Made by a program: the position numbers and the translations under genes. Below, one piece after another: positions 24,877 to 34,331 of a stretch of 64,000 nucleotides of DNA. Numbering within the stretch: the stretch's first letter is position 1; each line of letters opens with the position of its first letter. This DNA comes from Escherichia phage RB49. The DNA is taken from the sequence record NC_005066.1; one strand, written 5' to 3'. The notes under the pieces are model-generated. The model searched no databases, had not been told where the DNA came from, and saw nothing but the letters and a program-made list of their open reading frames with translations.

Positions 24877-24895
24877 GCGGGGAGAAAATCCCCGC
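24877..24895 (+). promoter_or_regulatory. intercistronic RNA hairpin GCGGGGA-GAAAA-TCCCCGC
   Basis: perfect 7 bp GC stem between genes 18 and 19; no T-run. Confidence 0.4.
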
Positions 24896-24915
24896 TCTAC
24901 TAAGGAATATCAATT

Positions 24916-25410
24916 ATGGCACTCGATTTGAATGATATTACACGCGGTTTCGAGTCTGGCGATTTTGCTCGTCCTAACCTGTTTGAAGTTGAGATCCCGT
25001 ATCTGGGGCAAAACTTTAAGCTGATGTGTAAGGCTGCGACTGTCCCGGCTGCTACCGTAGAAAAAATTGCTATAGGCTATCAAAACCGTAAAATTAACAT
25101 CGCTGGCGACCGTGTATACGACGACTGGACCATCACTGTATTCAACGATGACGCACACAAGATCCGTGATGCTATCGTTGCATGGAGCGATCAGACACAT
25201 GGCACTGGTTCGGCGATCACTGGTGCAACTCCTGCACAATATAAGAAACAAGCTATTGTTCGTCAACTTAACCGTAACACCGAATCAACTAGCGAAAAAA
25301 CATTGTACGGTATTTTCCCTACCAACGTTGGTGAAGTAACCCTCGATTGGGAACAAAACAACGAAGTTGAAACGTTTGAAGTTACTTTTGCTATCGATTG
25401 GGTAGAATAA
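24916..25410 (+). CDS. 19: tail tube protein gp19
   Basis: 164 aa; synteny and size. Confidence 0.9.
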   Translation: MALDLNDITRGFESGDFARPNLFEVEIPYLGQNFKLMCKAATVPAATVEKIAIGYQNRKINIAGDRVYDDWTITVFNDDAHKIRDAIVAWSDQTHGTGSAITGATPAQYKKQAIVRQLNRNTESTSEKTLYGIFPTNVGEVTLDWEQNNEVETFEVTFAIDWVE

Positions 25411-25422
25411 ATATATTATCAT

Positions 25423-25441
25423 GCGGGGAGAAGTTCCCCGC
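25423..25441 (+). promoter_or_regulatory. intercistronic RNA hairpin GCGGGGA-GAAGT-TCCCCGC
   Basis: same stem as hairpin at 24877; between genes 19 and 20. Confidence 0.4.
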
Positions 25442-25468
25442 CTAATTTCTCCCAATTCGAGGTGAATA

Positions 25469-27034
25469 ATGTTTAGTAGATTAAAAATGCTTGCGCGTTG
25501 GGCTGATTTTGACAACGACAAATACGAAGAACAAATTAAAGATAAAGCAGAGTCTATCGCCGCACCTAAAAACAATGATGGTGCTACGGAAGTAGAAATT
25601 AACGATAATTCACCTGCTAGCTCGTGGAACTCTCTTACCCAGCAATTTTACAGCACCGACCAGAAAATCAGCACAACTAAGCAATTAGTTAACACATATC
25701 GCGGTTTGATGAATAACCATGAAGTCGAAAACGCTGTACAAAATATCGTTAACGATGCGATTGTATTTGAAGAAGGTCATGAAGTTGTTTCATTAAATCT
25801 TGAGGCGACTGGCTTTAGTGAATCTGTAAAAGAGCGCATTCATGAAGAATTTAAAGATCTTTTAAACACTATCCAGTTTGATAGGCGCGGTCAGGATATG
25901 TTCCGTCGCTGGTATGTCGATTCGCGTATTTTCTTCCATAAAATCATCGGCAAAAATCCAAAAGATGGTATCGTAGAATTACGCCAGCTTGACCCACGTA
26001 ATCTTGAATATGTTCGCGAGATCATTACAGAAGACACACCGGAAGGTAAAATTTATAAAGCAACTAAAGAATATTTCATTTACACCGTAGGCAATAGTTC
26101 TTATTGCGCGGGTGGTCAAGTATTCTCTCCCAATAGTCGCGTTAAAATCCCGCGTAGTGCTATTACATACGCTCACAGCGGCTTGATGGATTGTGATGAT
26201 AAATATATCATTGGTTATTTGCATCGGGCTGTTAAGCCAGCAAACCAGCTTAAATTGTTGGAAGACGCAATGGTCGTTTATCGTATCACGCGTGCACCGG
26301 AACGCCGAGTGTTCTTTATTGATACCGGAAACATGAACAACCGCAAGGCTGCACAGCACATGAACTCAGTGGCACAGTCTTTTAAAAACCGCGTTGTTTA
26401 TGATGCATCGACTGGTAAACTTAAAAACCAGCAAGCAAATCTATCAATGACAGAGGACTACTGGTTACAGCGTCGAGATGGTAAAGCAATCACCGACGTT
26501 ACTACTTTACCCGGTGCATCCGGTATGAGTGATATCGATGATATTCGCTACTTTAACCGTAAATTGTATGAAGCGTTGCGTGTGCCATTGTCACGCAGCA
26601 ATCTCTCCGATGCTAATATGGTGATCGGTGGTGATGGTTCAGAAATTACTCGCGATGAGTTGGAATTTTCGAAATTCATTAGAACTCTGCAATCACAGTT
26701 TTCGGAAGTATTGCGCGATCCTCTGAAATATAATCTGATTCTCAAAAATGTAATTACGGAAGACGATTGGGATCGTGAAATAAATAATATCAAGGTGGTT
26801 TTCCATCGGGACTCTTACTATACAGAAGTTAAAGACGCGGAAATTTTAGAACGTCGAATCGGTCTAATCGAACGTATTACACCTTACATTGGTAAATATT
26901 TCTCTAACCAGACAGTGATGCGTGACATTCTGAAATATACCGATGACCAGATGGACACCGAGAAGAAACAGATCGAAGAAGAAGCGAACGATCCGCGCTT
27001 TAAACAAACTCCCGATGAAATAGAGGATTTTTAA
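25469..27034 (+). CDS. 20: portal vertex protein gp20
   Basis: 521 aa; synteny and size. Confidence 0.9.
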   Translation: MFSRLKMLARWADFDNDKYEEQIKDKAESIAAPKNNDGATEVEINDNSPASSWNSLTQQFYSTDQKISTTKQLVNTYRGLMNNHEVENAVQNIVNDAIVFEEGHEVVSLNLEATGFSESVKERIHEEFKDLLNTIQFDRRGQDMFRRWYVDSRIFFHKIIGKNPKDGIVELRQLDPRNLEYVREIITEDTPEGKIYKATKEYFIYTVGNSSYCAGGQVFSPNSRVKIPRSAITYAHSGLMDCDDKYIIGYLHRAVKPANQLKLLEDAMVVYRITRAPERRVFFIDTGNMNNRKAAQHMNSVAQSFKNRVVYDASTGKLKNQQANLSMTEDYWLQRRDGKAITDVTTLPGASGMSDIDDIRYFNRKLYEALRVPLSRSNLSDANMVIGGDGSEITRDELEFSKFIRTLQSQFSEVLRDPLKYNLILKNVITEDDWDREINNIKVVFHRDSYYTEVKDAEILERRIGLIERITPYIGKYFSNQTVMRDILKYTDDQMDTEKKQIEEEANDPRFKQTPDEIEDF

Positions 27035-27265
27035 ATGAAACAATTTATCGAAGCAATTAAAACTCGCGATCTAACGCTGATCGAAAAAGAATTTGATAAG
27101 ATCATGGAGGCTAAAAAAGCCCAGATCATCGAATCCCAGCGTGTCGAAATCGCATCCAGTATCATGATCGAAGGTGAAGAAGAAAAAGACCGCGATGATG
27201 AAGATATGGAAGATGAGGACGAAGATCGCAAAGACGATAAAAAAGACAAAGAAGACGACGAATAA
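27035..27265 (+). CDS. 67: prohead core protein gp67 (acidic C-terminus)
   Basis: 76 aa with D/E-rich tail; synteny. Confidence 0.7.
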   Translation: MKQFIEAIKTRDLTLIEKEFDKIMEAKKAQIIESQRVEIASSIMIEGEEEKDRDDEDMEDEDEDRKDDKKDKEDDE

Positions 27266-27277
27266 TAGGAAGCCAAC

Positions 27278-27685
27278 ATGATTAAAGATTTTACTCCTAA
27301 AGCTGACTTAGAAACTTTTCTGCCGGAAGCACAGGAAAAATTGGACATGTTGGCTATGTTTGAGTCAGAAGAACTATTGAAAATCGTTGAAGGTATCTCC
27401 GAGGATGAGCCGGAACTGGCGGTAGCAATGCTGTCTATCATCGACGGAATTACTGTAAATGAAGCAATGGTTAAACATGTAAACGCACGCGGGGAAGTTG
27501 CACGTAAGAAAGATCGCAAAACCCGTGAGCGCAATGCTTACATGACTACTGGCCTAAGCAAAGCTAAACGCCGTCAAATTGCCCGTCGTGCTGCAAAAAC
27601 CAAACGTGCAAATCCATCTATCGAACGTCATGCGGAACGTAAGCGCAAAAAAGCAATGCGTAAACGTAAGGCGTTAGGATTATAA
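27278..27685 (+). CDS. 68: prohead core protein gp68
   Basis: 135 aa with basic C-terminus; synteny. Confidence 0.7.
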   Translation: MIKDFTPKADLETFLPEAQEKLDMLAMFESEELLKIVEGISEDEPELAVAMLSIIDGITVNEAMVKHVNARGEVARKKDRKTRERNAYMTTGLSKAKRRQIARRAAKTKRANPSIERHAERKRKKAMRKRKALGL

Positions 27686-27696
27686 CAGGAAACAAC

Positions 27697-28392
27697 ATGG
27701 AAAAGAACGAATTACTGATCGAACAATGGGGCGTTCCTTGTGCTCGCGGTAGTTCGTCATTGCTTGAATCATTTGATGATAAGGCTACAGGAAATCTCTA
27801 TATTCAAGGGATTTTCCTGCAAGCCGAAACAGTAAACCGTAATAAACGCTGGTATCCTCGCAGTGTTCTAGAAAATGCGGTTACTAAATACATACATGAA
27901 CAAGTTGAGACACATCAAGCTCTAGGCGAACTTAATCACCCAGCAAGAGCAATGCCAGATCCATCTAATGCTTGCATCATAATTGAAAAATTATGGTGGG
28001 AAGGTAATAACGTGATGGGTAAAGCCCGTGTTATTGAAGGGGATAAAGGCGCAGGTGATAAACTTGCTGCACTGATTCGCGCTGGCTGGATTCCTGGCGT
28101 TTCCTCCCGTGGGTTGGGTCGGTTGAAAGACTCTGGTCGCGGATACAATATTGTACAGGAAGGTTTTGTGTTGACGGTTGGTGTTGATGTTGTATGGGGT
28201 CCGAGCGCACCTGATGCGTGGGTAACTCCGGTGGTTGAGTCAATGGATAGCGATTCTAGCGCGTCAGACGCACCAGAAAGCGATAAAACCGAAAAAGTGA
28301 CTAACCCTACAGCCTCACAACAAAACATCGTAGAATCGAATAATAGCGCGTTTATGGCGCTCGCAGAAGCGTTATCTAAACGCTATAAATAA
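27697..28392 (+). CDS. 21: prohead core protease gp21
   Basis: 231 aa; synteny before scaffold and major capsid genes. Confidence 0.85.
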   Translation: MEKNELLIEQWGVPCARGSSSLLESFDDKATGNLYIQGIFLQAETVNRNKRWYPRSVLENAVTKYIHEQVETHQALGELNHPARAMPDPSNACIIIEKLWWEGNNVMGKARVIEGDKGAGDKLAALIRAGWIPGVSSRGLGRLKDSGRGYNIVQEGFVLTVGVDVVWGPSAPDAWVTPVVESMDSDSSASDAPESDKTEKVTNPTASQQNIVESNNSAFMALAEALSKRYK

Positions 28393-28423
28393 TAACGTCG
28401 TTATCAACAAGAAGGTTATAACC

Positions 28424-29218
28424 ATGCTTAAAGAAATGCTGCTCGAAGAAGCAAAACAGATCACCGTAGACGTTGCTCTCGATGACCTGTTTGAATCCGT
28501 CGAACTGTCGCCGGAAGTAAAAGAAAATTTTGGTACTATCTACGCTCAGGCGGTAAAAGCTAATGCTGTTGCTCTGGCAGAAAGCCACATTGAAAAAATC
28601 GCCGCTAAAGCCGATGAACTGGTAGAATCAAAGGTCGAAGAAGCACGCACCGAGATTGAAACCAAACTGTACGAAGATGCAGATAAATTCCTGAATCACT
28701 TAGGCGCTAAATGGCTGGCAGAAAATAAAGAAGCCGTCACCCGTAATATTAAAGCGGATCTGTGCGAATCCCTGATTGGTTCTCTGAAAGATGTTTTCGT
28801 TACTCACAATGTTGTAGTACCGGAAGAATCTGTAGACGTTGTTGCTGAACTTGACGAAGCACTCAAAGAAGAAAAAGAAAAAACCTCTGAACTCTTTGAT
28901 GCCAAACTGCAACTTGAAAGCGAAATTCGTGGCATGAAGCGCGAACAAGCGATCAATGAAAGCACTCGTGATCTTTCCGATACTCAGAAAGAAAAAGTAA
29001 CCGCGCTGATTGAAGGTCTGGAATATAGCGAAACTTTCGATAAGAAATTAACTGCAATTGTCGAAATGGTTGCTAAGAAAGAAGACAAACAAGCTAAGAT
29101 TGAAGAATCACTAAATACTGATGCCGACAAGCTGAATGTTATTGCAGAAAATGTCGAAAAATCAGATAAAAAGGCAACTGTAGATTCCGGCGTATCCCGC
29201 TACCTGAATTTCATCTAA
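28424..29218 (+). CDS. 22: prohead core scaffold protein gp22
   Basis: 264 aa, highly charged and helical; synteny. Confidence 0.8.
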   Translation: MLKEMLLEEAKQITVDVALDDLFESVELSPEVKENFGTIYAQAVKANAVALAESHIEKIAAKADELVESKVEEARTEIETKLYEDADKFLNHLGAKWLAENKEAVTRNIKADLCESLIGSLKDVFVTHNVVVPEESVDVVAELDEALKEEKEKTSELFDAKLQLESEIRGMKREQAINESTRDLSDTQKEKVTALIEGLEYSETFDKKLTAIVEMVAKKEDKQAKIEESLNTDADKLNVIAENVEKSDKKATVDSGVSRYLNFI

Positions 29219-29236
29219 TGTAATTCAAATCTACTT

Positions 29237-29244
29237 TATAAATA
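29237..29244 (+). promoter_or_regulatory. T4-type late promoter TATAAATA
   Basis: exact TATAAATA 34 nt upstream of gene 23 ATG. Confidence 0.65.
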
Positions 29245-29277
29245 CTTTAGGTTAACAACAAACAAGGTTTAAAGAAC

Positions 29278-30864
29278 ATGAAAACTACCAAAGAACTGAT
29301 GGAAAAATGGTCCCCGCTGCTGGAGAACGAAAAACTGCCGGAAATCGCAACTGCGTCTAAGCAGAAACTGGTTGCTAAAATTCTGGAATCTCAGGAAGCG
29401 GATTTTGCTGTAGACCCGATCTATAAGGATGAAAAAGTTGTTGAAGCATTCGGTGGCTTTATCGCAGAAGCCGAAGTTGCTGGCGACCACGGTTATGACG
29501 CATCTCAGATCGCGGCTGGTCAGACTACTGGTGCAATCACCAACGTAGGTCCGGCTGTTATCGGTATGGTTCGCCGTGCTATCCCTAACCTGATCGCATT
29601 TGATATTTGTGGCGTTCAGCCGATGAGCACCCCGACTAGCCAGATCTTTGCAATCCGTTCTGTATACGGTGGCGATCCGCTGAAATCCGGTGCTCGCGAA
29701 GCATTCCATCCGATGTATGCACCTGATGCGTTCCATAGCTCTCTTGCTGCTAAAGAGGCAACTGTAGGTTCACCAACTGGTACTGCATTCGCTAAACTAA
29801 CTCTTTCCCAGGCTATCACTGCTGGTGATATCGTATATCACACCTTCGCAGAAACTGGTATTGCTTATCTGCAAAACGTAACTGGTGATTCTGTAACACC
29901 ACAGAAAGTAGGTAGCGAATCCGAAGATGAAGTAGTAATGAAGCTGATTGAAGAAGGTAAATTGGCTGAAATCGCTTTCGGTATGGCTACTTCCATCGCC
30001 GAAATTCAGGAAGGCTTTAACGGTTCCAGCAATAACCCGTGGGCTGAAATGTCAATGCGTATTGACAAACAGGTTGTTGAAGCGAAATCTCGCCAACTGA
30101 AAGCCCGTTACTCTATCGAAGTTGCGCAGGATCTGCGTGCTGTACATGGTATGGATGCTGACGCTGAACTGAATGCTATCCTGGCTAACGAAGTTCTGCT
30201 GGAAATCAACCGTGAAATCGTTGACGTCATCAACTTTACCGCTCAGGTTGGTAAAACTGGTATGACTCAGACCGTTGGTTCTAAAGCTGGTGTATTTGAC
30301 CTGCAAGACCCGATCGATACTCGCGGTGCTCGTTGGGCTGGTGAATCCTTCAAATCTCTGATCTACCAGATCGACAAAGAAGCTGCTGAAATCGCTCGTC
30401 AGACTGGTCGCGGTGCTGGTAACTTTGTTATCGCTTCCCGTAACGTTGTAAACATTCTGGCTTCTGCTGATCAGGGTATCAGTCTTGCTATGCAGGGTGC
30501 TGCAAAAGGTCTGAATACCGACACCACTAAAGCTGTTTTCGCTGGTGTTCTGGCTGGTAAGTACAAAGTGTTCATCGACCAGTATGCTCGTCAAGACTAC
30601 TTCACCGTAGGTTACAAAGGCGACAACGAAATGGATGCTGGTATCTACTATGCTCCGTATGTTGCTCTGACTCCGCTGCGTGCAACTGATCCGCAGTCTT
30701 TCCACCCGGTTCTGGGCTTCAAGACTCGCTACGGCATCGGTATTAACCCGTTTGCAGACAGCAAATCCCAGGAACCGTCCGCTCGCATCACCTCTGGTAT
30801 GTTGAGCAAAGACAGCGTAGGCAAAAACGCATACTTCCGTCGTGTATGGGTTAAAGGCTGCTAA
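29278..30864 (+). CDS. 23: major capsid protein gp23
   Basis: 528 aa; T4 gp23-like throughout; codon usage typical of a highly expressed gene. Confidence 0.95.
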   Translation: MKTTKELMEKWSPLLENEKLPEIATASKQKLVAKILESQEADFAVDPIYKDEKVVEAFGGFIAEAEVAGDHGYDASQIAAGQTTGAITNVGPAVIGMVRRAIPNLIAFDICGVQPMSTPTSQIFAIRSVYGGDPLKSGAREAFHPMYAPDAFHSSLAAKEATVGSPTGTAFAKLTLSQAITAGDIVYHTFAETGIAYLQNVTGDSVTPQKVGSESEDEVVMKLIEEGKLAEIAFGMATSIAEIQEGFNGSSNNPWAEMSMRIDKQVVEAKSRQLKARYSIEVAQDLRAVHGMDADAELNAILANEVLLEINREIVDVINFTAQVGKTGMTQTVGSKAGVFDLQDPIDTRGARWAGESFKSLIYQIDKEAAEIARQTGRGAGNFVIASRNVVNILASADQGISLAMQGAAKGLNTDTTKAVFAGVLAGKYKVFIDQYARQDYFTVGYKGDNEMDAGIYYAPYVALTPLRATDPQSFHPVLGFKTRYGIGINPFADSKSQEPSARITSGMLSKDSVGKNAYFRRVWVKGC

Positions 30865-30950
30865 TATAAGCCAATTCCTGAAAAACTCCGGTCGGGTGCA
30901 ATACCCGACTTATCATAAACCTTATGACAGTGTAAAGTGTTAATTCCAAA

Positions 30951-30979
30951 GGGAAGACTCGAAAGGGTCTTCCCTTTTT
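30951..30979 (+). terminator. intrinsic terminator after gene 23
   Basis: hairpin GGGAAGAC-loop-GTCTTCCC followed by TTTTT. Confidence 0.7.
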
Positions 30980-30995
30980 GCGTATTATAACCCGT

Positions 30996-31003
30996 TATAA
31001 ATA
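30996..31003 (+). promoter_or_regulatory. T4-type late promoter TATAAATA reading into the 23-24 intergenic region
   Basis: exact TATAAATA 17 nt after the gene 23 terminator; no long ORF downstream for about 360 nt. Confidence 0.45.
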
Positions 31004-31367
31004 AGGTTGCAAGCCTATATTCTATTGGGAGCGAAAATCGATACACACAACAAAGACAGGAAGATGCGGAACATCGGTGGGTTGCTAGCCTAAATCCGGT
31101 GGATATGATATGTGATTTCTTTTGATGCTGGATTTATTAAAACACAACAAACAATTCCACCAATTTTCGTAGTAACTGCATGGCAAAGGACCAATGAATG
31201 AAATGAGCGTTCATGTTGATATTGGGTCGGATAGATTTGGTAGATATATATACAGATCTTGTGTATACAGACCTTGTTATGACATTTCAGCGTGACGCTA
31301 GCGGTAATTTTTGGTTTTGGTACGCTGTTCCCTGAATTAACCCAAAATTCTCCATAAGGAGGAATGC

Positions 31368-31520
31368 ATGAGTAAGAAAGAAAACAGCTATGTTATGACT
31401 CGTAAGGAATACAACGAATTGATGTTAGCATTAGCTTATGCAATTATTCGTTCTGATCATGCAATTAATCTGGTAAACAAAGTTAACCGTAGCGTTGATA
31501 ATGTTTCTAGGAAGAAGTAA
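31368..31520 (+). CDS. small hypothetical protein (50 aa)
   Basis: ATG preceded by AAGGAGG; followed by hairpin terminator. Confidence 0.35.
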   Translation: MSKKENSYVMTRKEYNELMLALAYAIIRSDHAINLVNKVNRSVDNVSRKK

Positions 31521-31530
31521 GTTTATTTTT

Positions 31531-31558
31531 GGAATCCTTCGGATTCCTTTTTCTTTTT
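31531..31558 (+). terminator. intrinsic terminator
   Basis: hairpin GGAATCC-TTC-GGATTCC followed by TTTTTCTTTTT. Confidence 0.6.
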
Positions 31559-31559
31559 G

Positions 31560-31567
31560 TATAAATA
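31560..31567 (+). promoter_or_regulatory. T4-type late promoter TATAAATA
   Basis: exact TATAAATA 37 nt upstream of gene 24 ATG. Confidence 0.6.
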
Positions 31568-31604
31568 TGATATATCCATTAAGGCAAATACAGGATTCAT
31601 AAAC

Positions 31605-32846
31605 ATGACTCATATTTTTACTGAACTGTTGCGGGAATCTACTTCCTCAGTAGCTAACCAGACAGCGCGACCGCAACTATTATCATTAACTCGCGCGGTA
31701 AACAACCTGATTTTCTCTGATCTGGTAGCAATCCAGCCAACGGATCAACCAGTATCTGCATTGTACGGCCTACGTTATCTTAATCGTGATGGTCAGATGA
31801 CTTTCCGAACTGCTGCGACCTACGGTGGCGCGGCTGGTGATCGCACAGAGATTGAAGAGTTTTCAAAAGAAAAATCTTATGACGAAGGCGCACTATTCAA
31901 ATCAGGCGATGTTGTATACGAAGTTGTGACCGCTGGTACAGTCGGTGAAGATGCCGAAACTCCAGAATCTGCAATCTTTAAAGGCGTAATGACAAACAAA
32001 ATTCGTTTCTATAGCGATTGTGCATCGGTAGAATACTTTGAAGATAAAAACACCGAAATTTCGTCTACCTCTATGCAGTTTGACAAGTGGCAAGTTAATG
32101 TAGGTTCTCGTAAACTGAAAACCTCGTTCACGACCGAATTGATGCAGGATCTTGAGGCAAGCCAAATCAACTCTGAAAACTCTGTAATTGATCTTCTGGC
32201 TACTGTTGCTTCCGAAGAGATCAACAAAGATATTATTCAGAAGTTGATCACTGTATCATCTCGCTATAAAATTAAAGGGATCACCCCTGATGGCGTACTT
32301 TCTCTCGTTAGCGTTCAGGATGCACCAACACAAGCGCGTGAACTTTACCGCTATGCTTGCGAAATGAGCAATCAAATGTTGCGGACTTCCTCCTTTGCTG
32401 GTACATACGTTTTGGCGTCTTCTCGCGTGGTTGGCCTCCTGCAATCTTCCGGTTGGATGGAAGAAACCGACAATGCTCTAAGCGAAGGTCGTCTACGTTG
32501 CGGTCTGGAAGTGTACGCAGACACGACAACACCTTTCGATTATATGCTCGTTGGTTGTAAGCACATGATCGGTGATATGGAGAGTGTAGGTTCTCTGTTC
32601 TACTCCCCATATACAGAAGCAGACGGCGCTGGCGCGTATAAGAGCGTAATTGACCCTAATAGCTTCCAGCATCATGTAGCTATTATGAATCGTTATTCAC
32701 TCTCTGTCAACCCATACACATCAAAAGTTGATCAGGAAGAACACCAGGTCATCAAGGGTGACGATTGGGGTAAAATGGCTGGACGTTCAGAAATGTCCTA
32801 CATTTTAGGAATCGAACTGCCACCGCTTGAGATTGACAACGCTTAA
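31605..32846 (+). CDS. 24: capsid vertex protein gp24
   Basis: start placed at MTHIFTELLRE (T4 gp24 starts ...ELLRESTT); gp23 paralog; ORF track extends 48 nt further upstream across the late promoter. Confidence 0.9.
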   Translation: MTHIFTELLRESTSSVANQTARPQLLSLTRAVNNLIFSDLVAIQPTDQPVSALYGLRYLNRDGQMTFRTAATYGGAAGDRTEIEEFSKEKSYDEGALFKSGDVVYEVVTAGTVGEDAETPESAIFKGVMTNKIRFYSDCASVEYFEDKNTEISSTSMQFDKWQVNVGSRKLKTSFTTELMQDLEASQINSENSVIDLLATVASEEINKDIIQKLITVSSRYKIKGITPDGVLSLVSVQDAPTQARELYRYACEMSNQMLRTSSFAGTYVLASSRVVGLLQSSGWMEETDNALSEGRLRCGLEVYADTTTPFDYMLVGCKHMIGDMESVGSLFYSPYTEADGAGAYKSVIDPNSFQHHVAIMNRYSLSVNPYTSKVDQEEHQVIKGDDWGKMAGRSEMSYILGIELPPLEIDNA

Positions 32847-33434
32847 CTAAATATCTAACCAAGACAAGTCAGATCCGCCCAAGATTTTTTCGACGGCGGA
32901 TCTATTTTCTTGATGATATAAGTTAAAACATGGTATCCCATGTCTACGGGCAACATAAACAGCAATTCGAGTTCCTCCCGAAACAATCCCATTAACTTCT
33001 TTCGCCCAAAATATCACACAATCTACAGGGTCATCAAGTGTCTCACCTAAAACTTGAGCAACATTTCTGGAAAACAGATTTTGCATGTATAACGGTATCG
33101 AACGAGGATTATCATAAACGTGTTCTAATTCATCCATCGCCAGATTTTTTTGTTCTAAGGTTTGCCATGCAATCACATCATGACCGTTATGCTTGTGGTC
33201 ATAAAACTTCCAATTTGGAATGAAAATTTTTCTATAATCTGGATCGTAATACTTCATGAAAGCATTGTCCATACCATAAGCCCCTCCAGAATGCGCTACA
33301 ACGCGATTTTCTGACAATACCCTCCCAATGGTACTAGCCATTATCAAAATGTCGCTAGGCGCTTTTCTAGAGCCTATTAAAGCACATCTACGAAGTGGTT
33401 TTACTCCAAATAGATCTTGTAACTGGTCAAACAT
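32847..33434 (-). CDS. DprA/Smf-like Rossmann-fold (SLOG-type) protein
   Basis: 195 aa; motifs LIGSRKAP, HSGGAYGMD, FSRN, SGGTRIAVYVARRHGIPCF in DprA order; strong GGAGGA RBS. Confidence 0.55.
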   Translation of the reverse strand: MFDQLQDLFGVKPLRRCALIGSRKAPSDILIMASTIGRVLSENRVVAHSGGAYGMDNAFMKYYDPDYRKIFIPNWKFYDHKHNGHDVIAWQTLEQKNLAMDELEHVYDNPRSIPLYMQNLFSRNVAQVLGETLDDPVDCVIFWAKEVNGIVSGGTRIAVYVARRHGIPCFNLYHQENRSAVEKILGGSDLSWLDI

Positions 33435-33586
33435 AATATTTCCTCCATAGAAAGCAATATCATACTACAAGTTAATAACAAATACAAGTATCCGCGTAGC
33501 GGAAGCGAGCACAGCGAGCAATAAAACACTTCTAGTAATTGATTAATAAATGTTCGAAACAAATTTTTATTATTCTATAAGATAAG

Positions 33587-33612
33587 TCTTCGTTTTGATC
33601 ATAATTTAATCA
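33587..33612. repeat. 26 bp direct repeat, copy 1 (TCTTCGTTTTGATCATAATTTAATCA)
   Basis: identical to copy at 33736-33761. Confidence 0.8.
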
Positions 33613-33735
33613 TACATGTAAAAACTACACAAAAGGATATCGCTTCGCGAACTCCTACGGAGTATAACATTTGTGTTACAATATGTAGTGATTAATAATT
33701 AACCAAAGATACATTTTCTATGTTCTAAAGATCTT

Positions 33736-33761
33736 TCTTCGTTTTGATCATAATTTAATCA
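33736..33761. repeat. 26 bp direct repeat, copy 2
   Basis: identical to copy at 33587-33612; flanking ACATGTAAA also shared. Confidence 0.8.
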
Positions 33762-33814
33762 AACAGTATTAATATTGTGCACATGTAAACTAAAATTATG
33801 TTAATAACAGATAC

Positions 33815-33838
33815 AAAAAAGCCGTCCCGAAGGACGGC
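33815..33838 (-). terminator. intrinsic terminator (minus strand)
   Basis: hairpin GCCGTCC-TTCG-GGACGGC then TTTTTT on minus strand, just after stop at 33848. Confidence 0.6.
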
Positions 33839-33847
33839 TAATGTTAA

Positions 33848-34285
33848 TTATTTGTTGATAACGATCTGATTTCGGCGAATGGTAACATTACTCTTAGAGA
33901 TGATCAGATCATCCGGCACTACGTTAGTTTTGTATGGTTGGAAGCGAACAAGCATCTGATTGCGTTTAGACCCTTCCTTAATCTTGATTTCCATCTGGAT
34001 ATTGTTTCCTACGTGAGCAACCGCAATTTCACCTTTATTCTCATAGACCCACTTGCTGGTAACGTCTCCAGCAAAAGCCTTAATAACTTGCAATGCTTCG
34101 TCGTATGCGGTAGAGCTGTGAACTTTCAAAAGGCCAGCCGTAGCAAGACGGGAGCAGGTGATCGCCGGAGATTGCCAAACATCAACATTAATTTGCTCAA
34201 TCAGAGTAACACCGCCATGATCAACTGCTTTGAATGCTTCAAACATTGCCTTTTTCATTGCTACGTGGTTTTTACGGAATTTCAT
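33848..34285 (-). CDS. hypothetical protein (145 aa)
   Basis: ORF with terminator downstream; no recognised motif. Confidence 0.5.
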   Translation of the reverse strand: MKFRKNHVAMKKAMFEAFKAVDHGGVTLIEQINVDVWQSPAITCSRLATAGLLKVHSSTAYDEALQVIKAFAGDVTSKWVYENKGEIAVAHVGNNIQMEIKIKEGSKRNQMLVRFQPYKTNVVPDDLIISKSNVTIRRNQIVINK

Positions 34286-34331
34286 AATTAGTCACCTCTA
34301 TTGATTAGTTATTCAGAATATCAATTACAAA

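Noticed and set aside
27031-27534. 167 aa minus-strand serine-rich ORF
   Set aside because: Antisense to the acidic gp67/gp68 genes; low-complexity translation of the reverse strand of GAA/GAT-rich coding sequence.
30052-30705. 217 aa minus-strand ORF
   Set aside because: Antisense within major capsid gene 23.
31004-31367. Possible tRNA or group I intron in the gp23-gp24 gap
   Set aside because: No GTTCGA T-loop box, cloverleaf or conserved intron P/Q/R/S elements recognised by eye; kept only as an unexplained noncoding region in findings.
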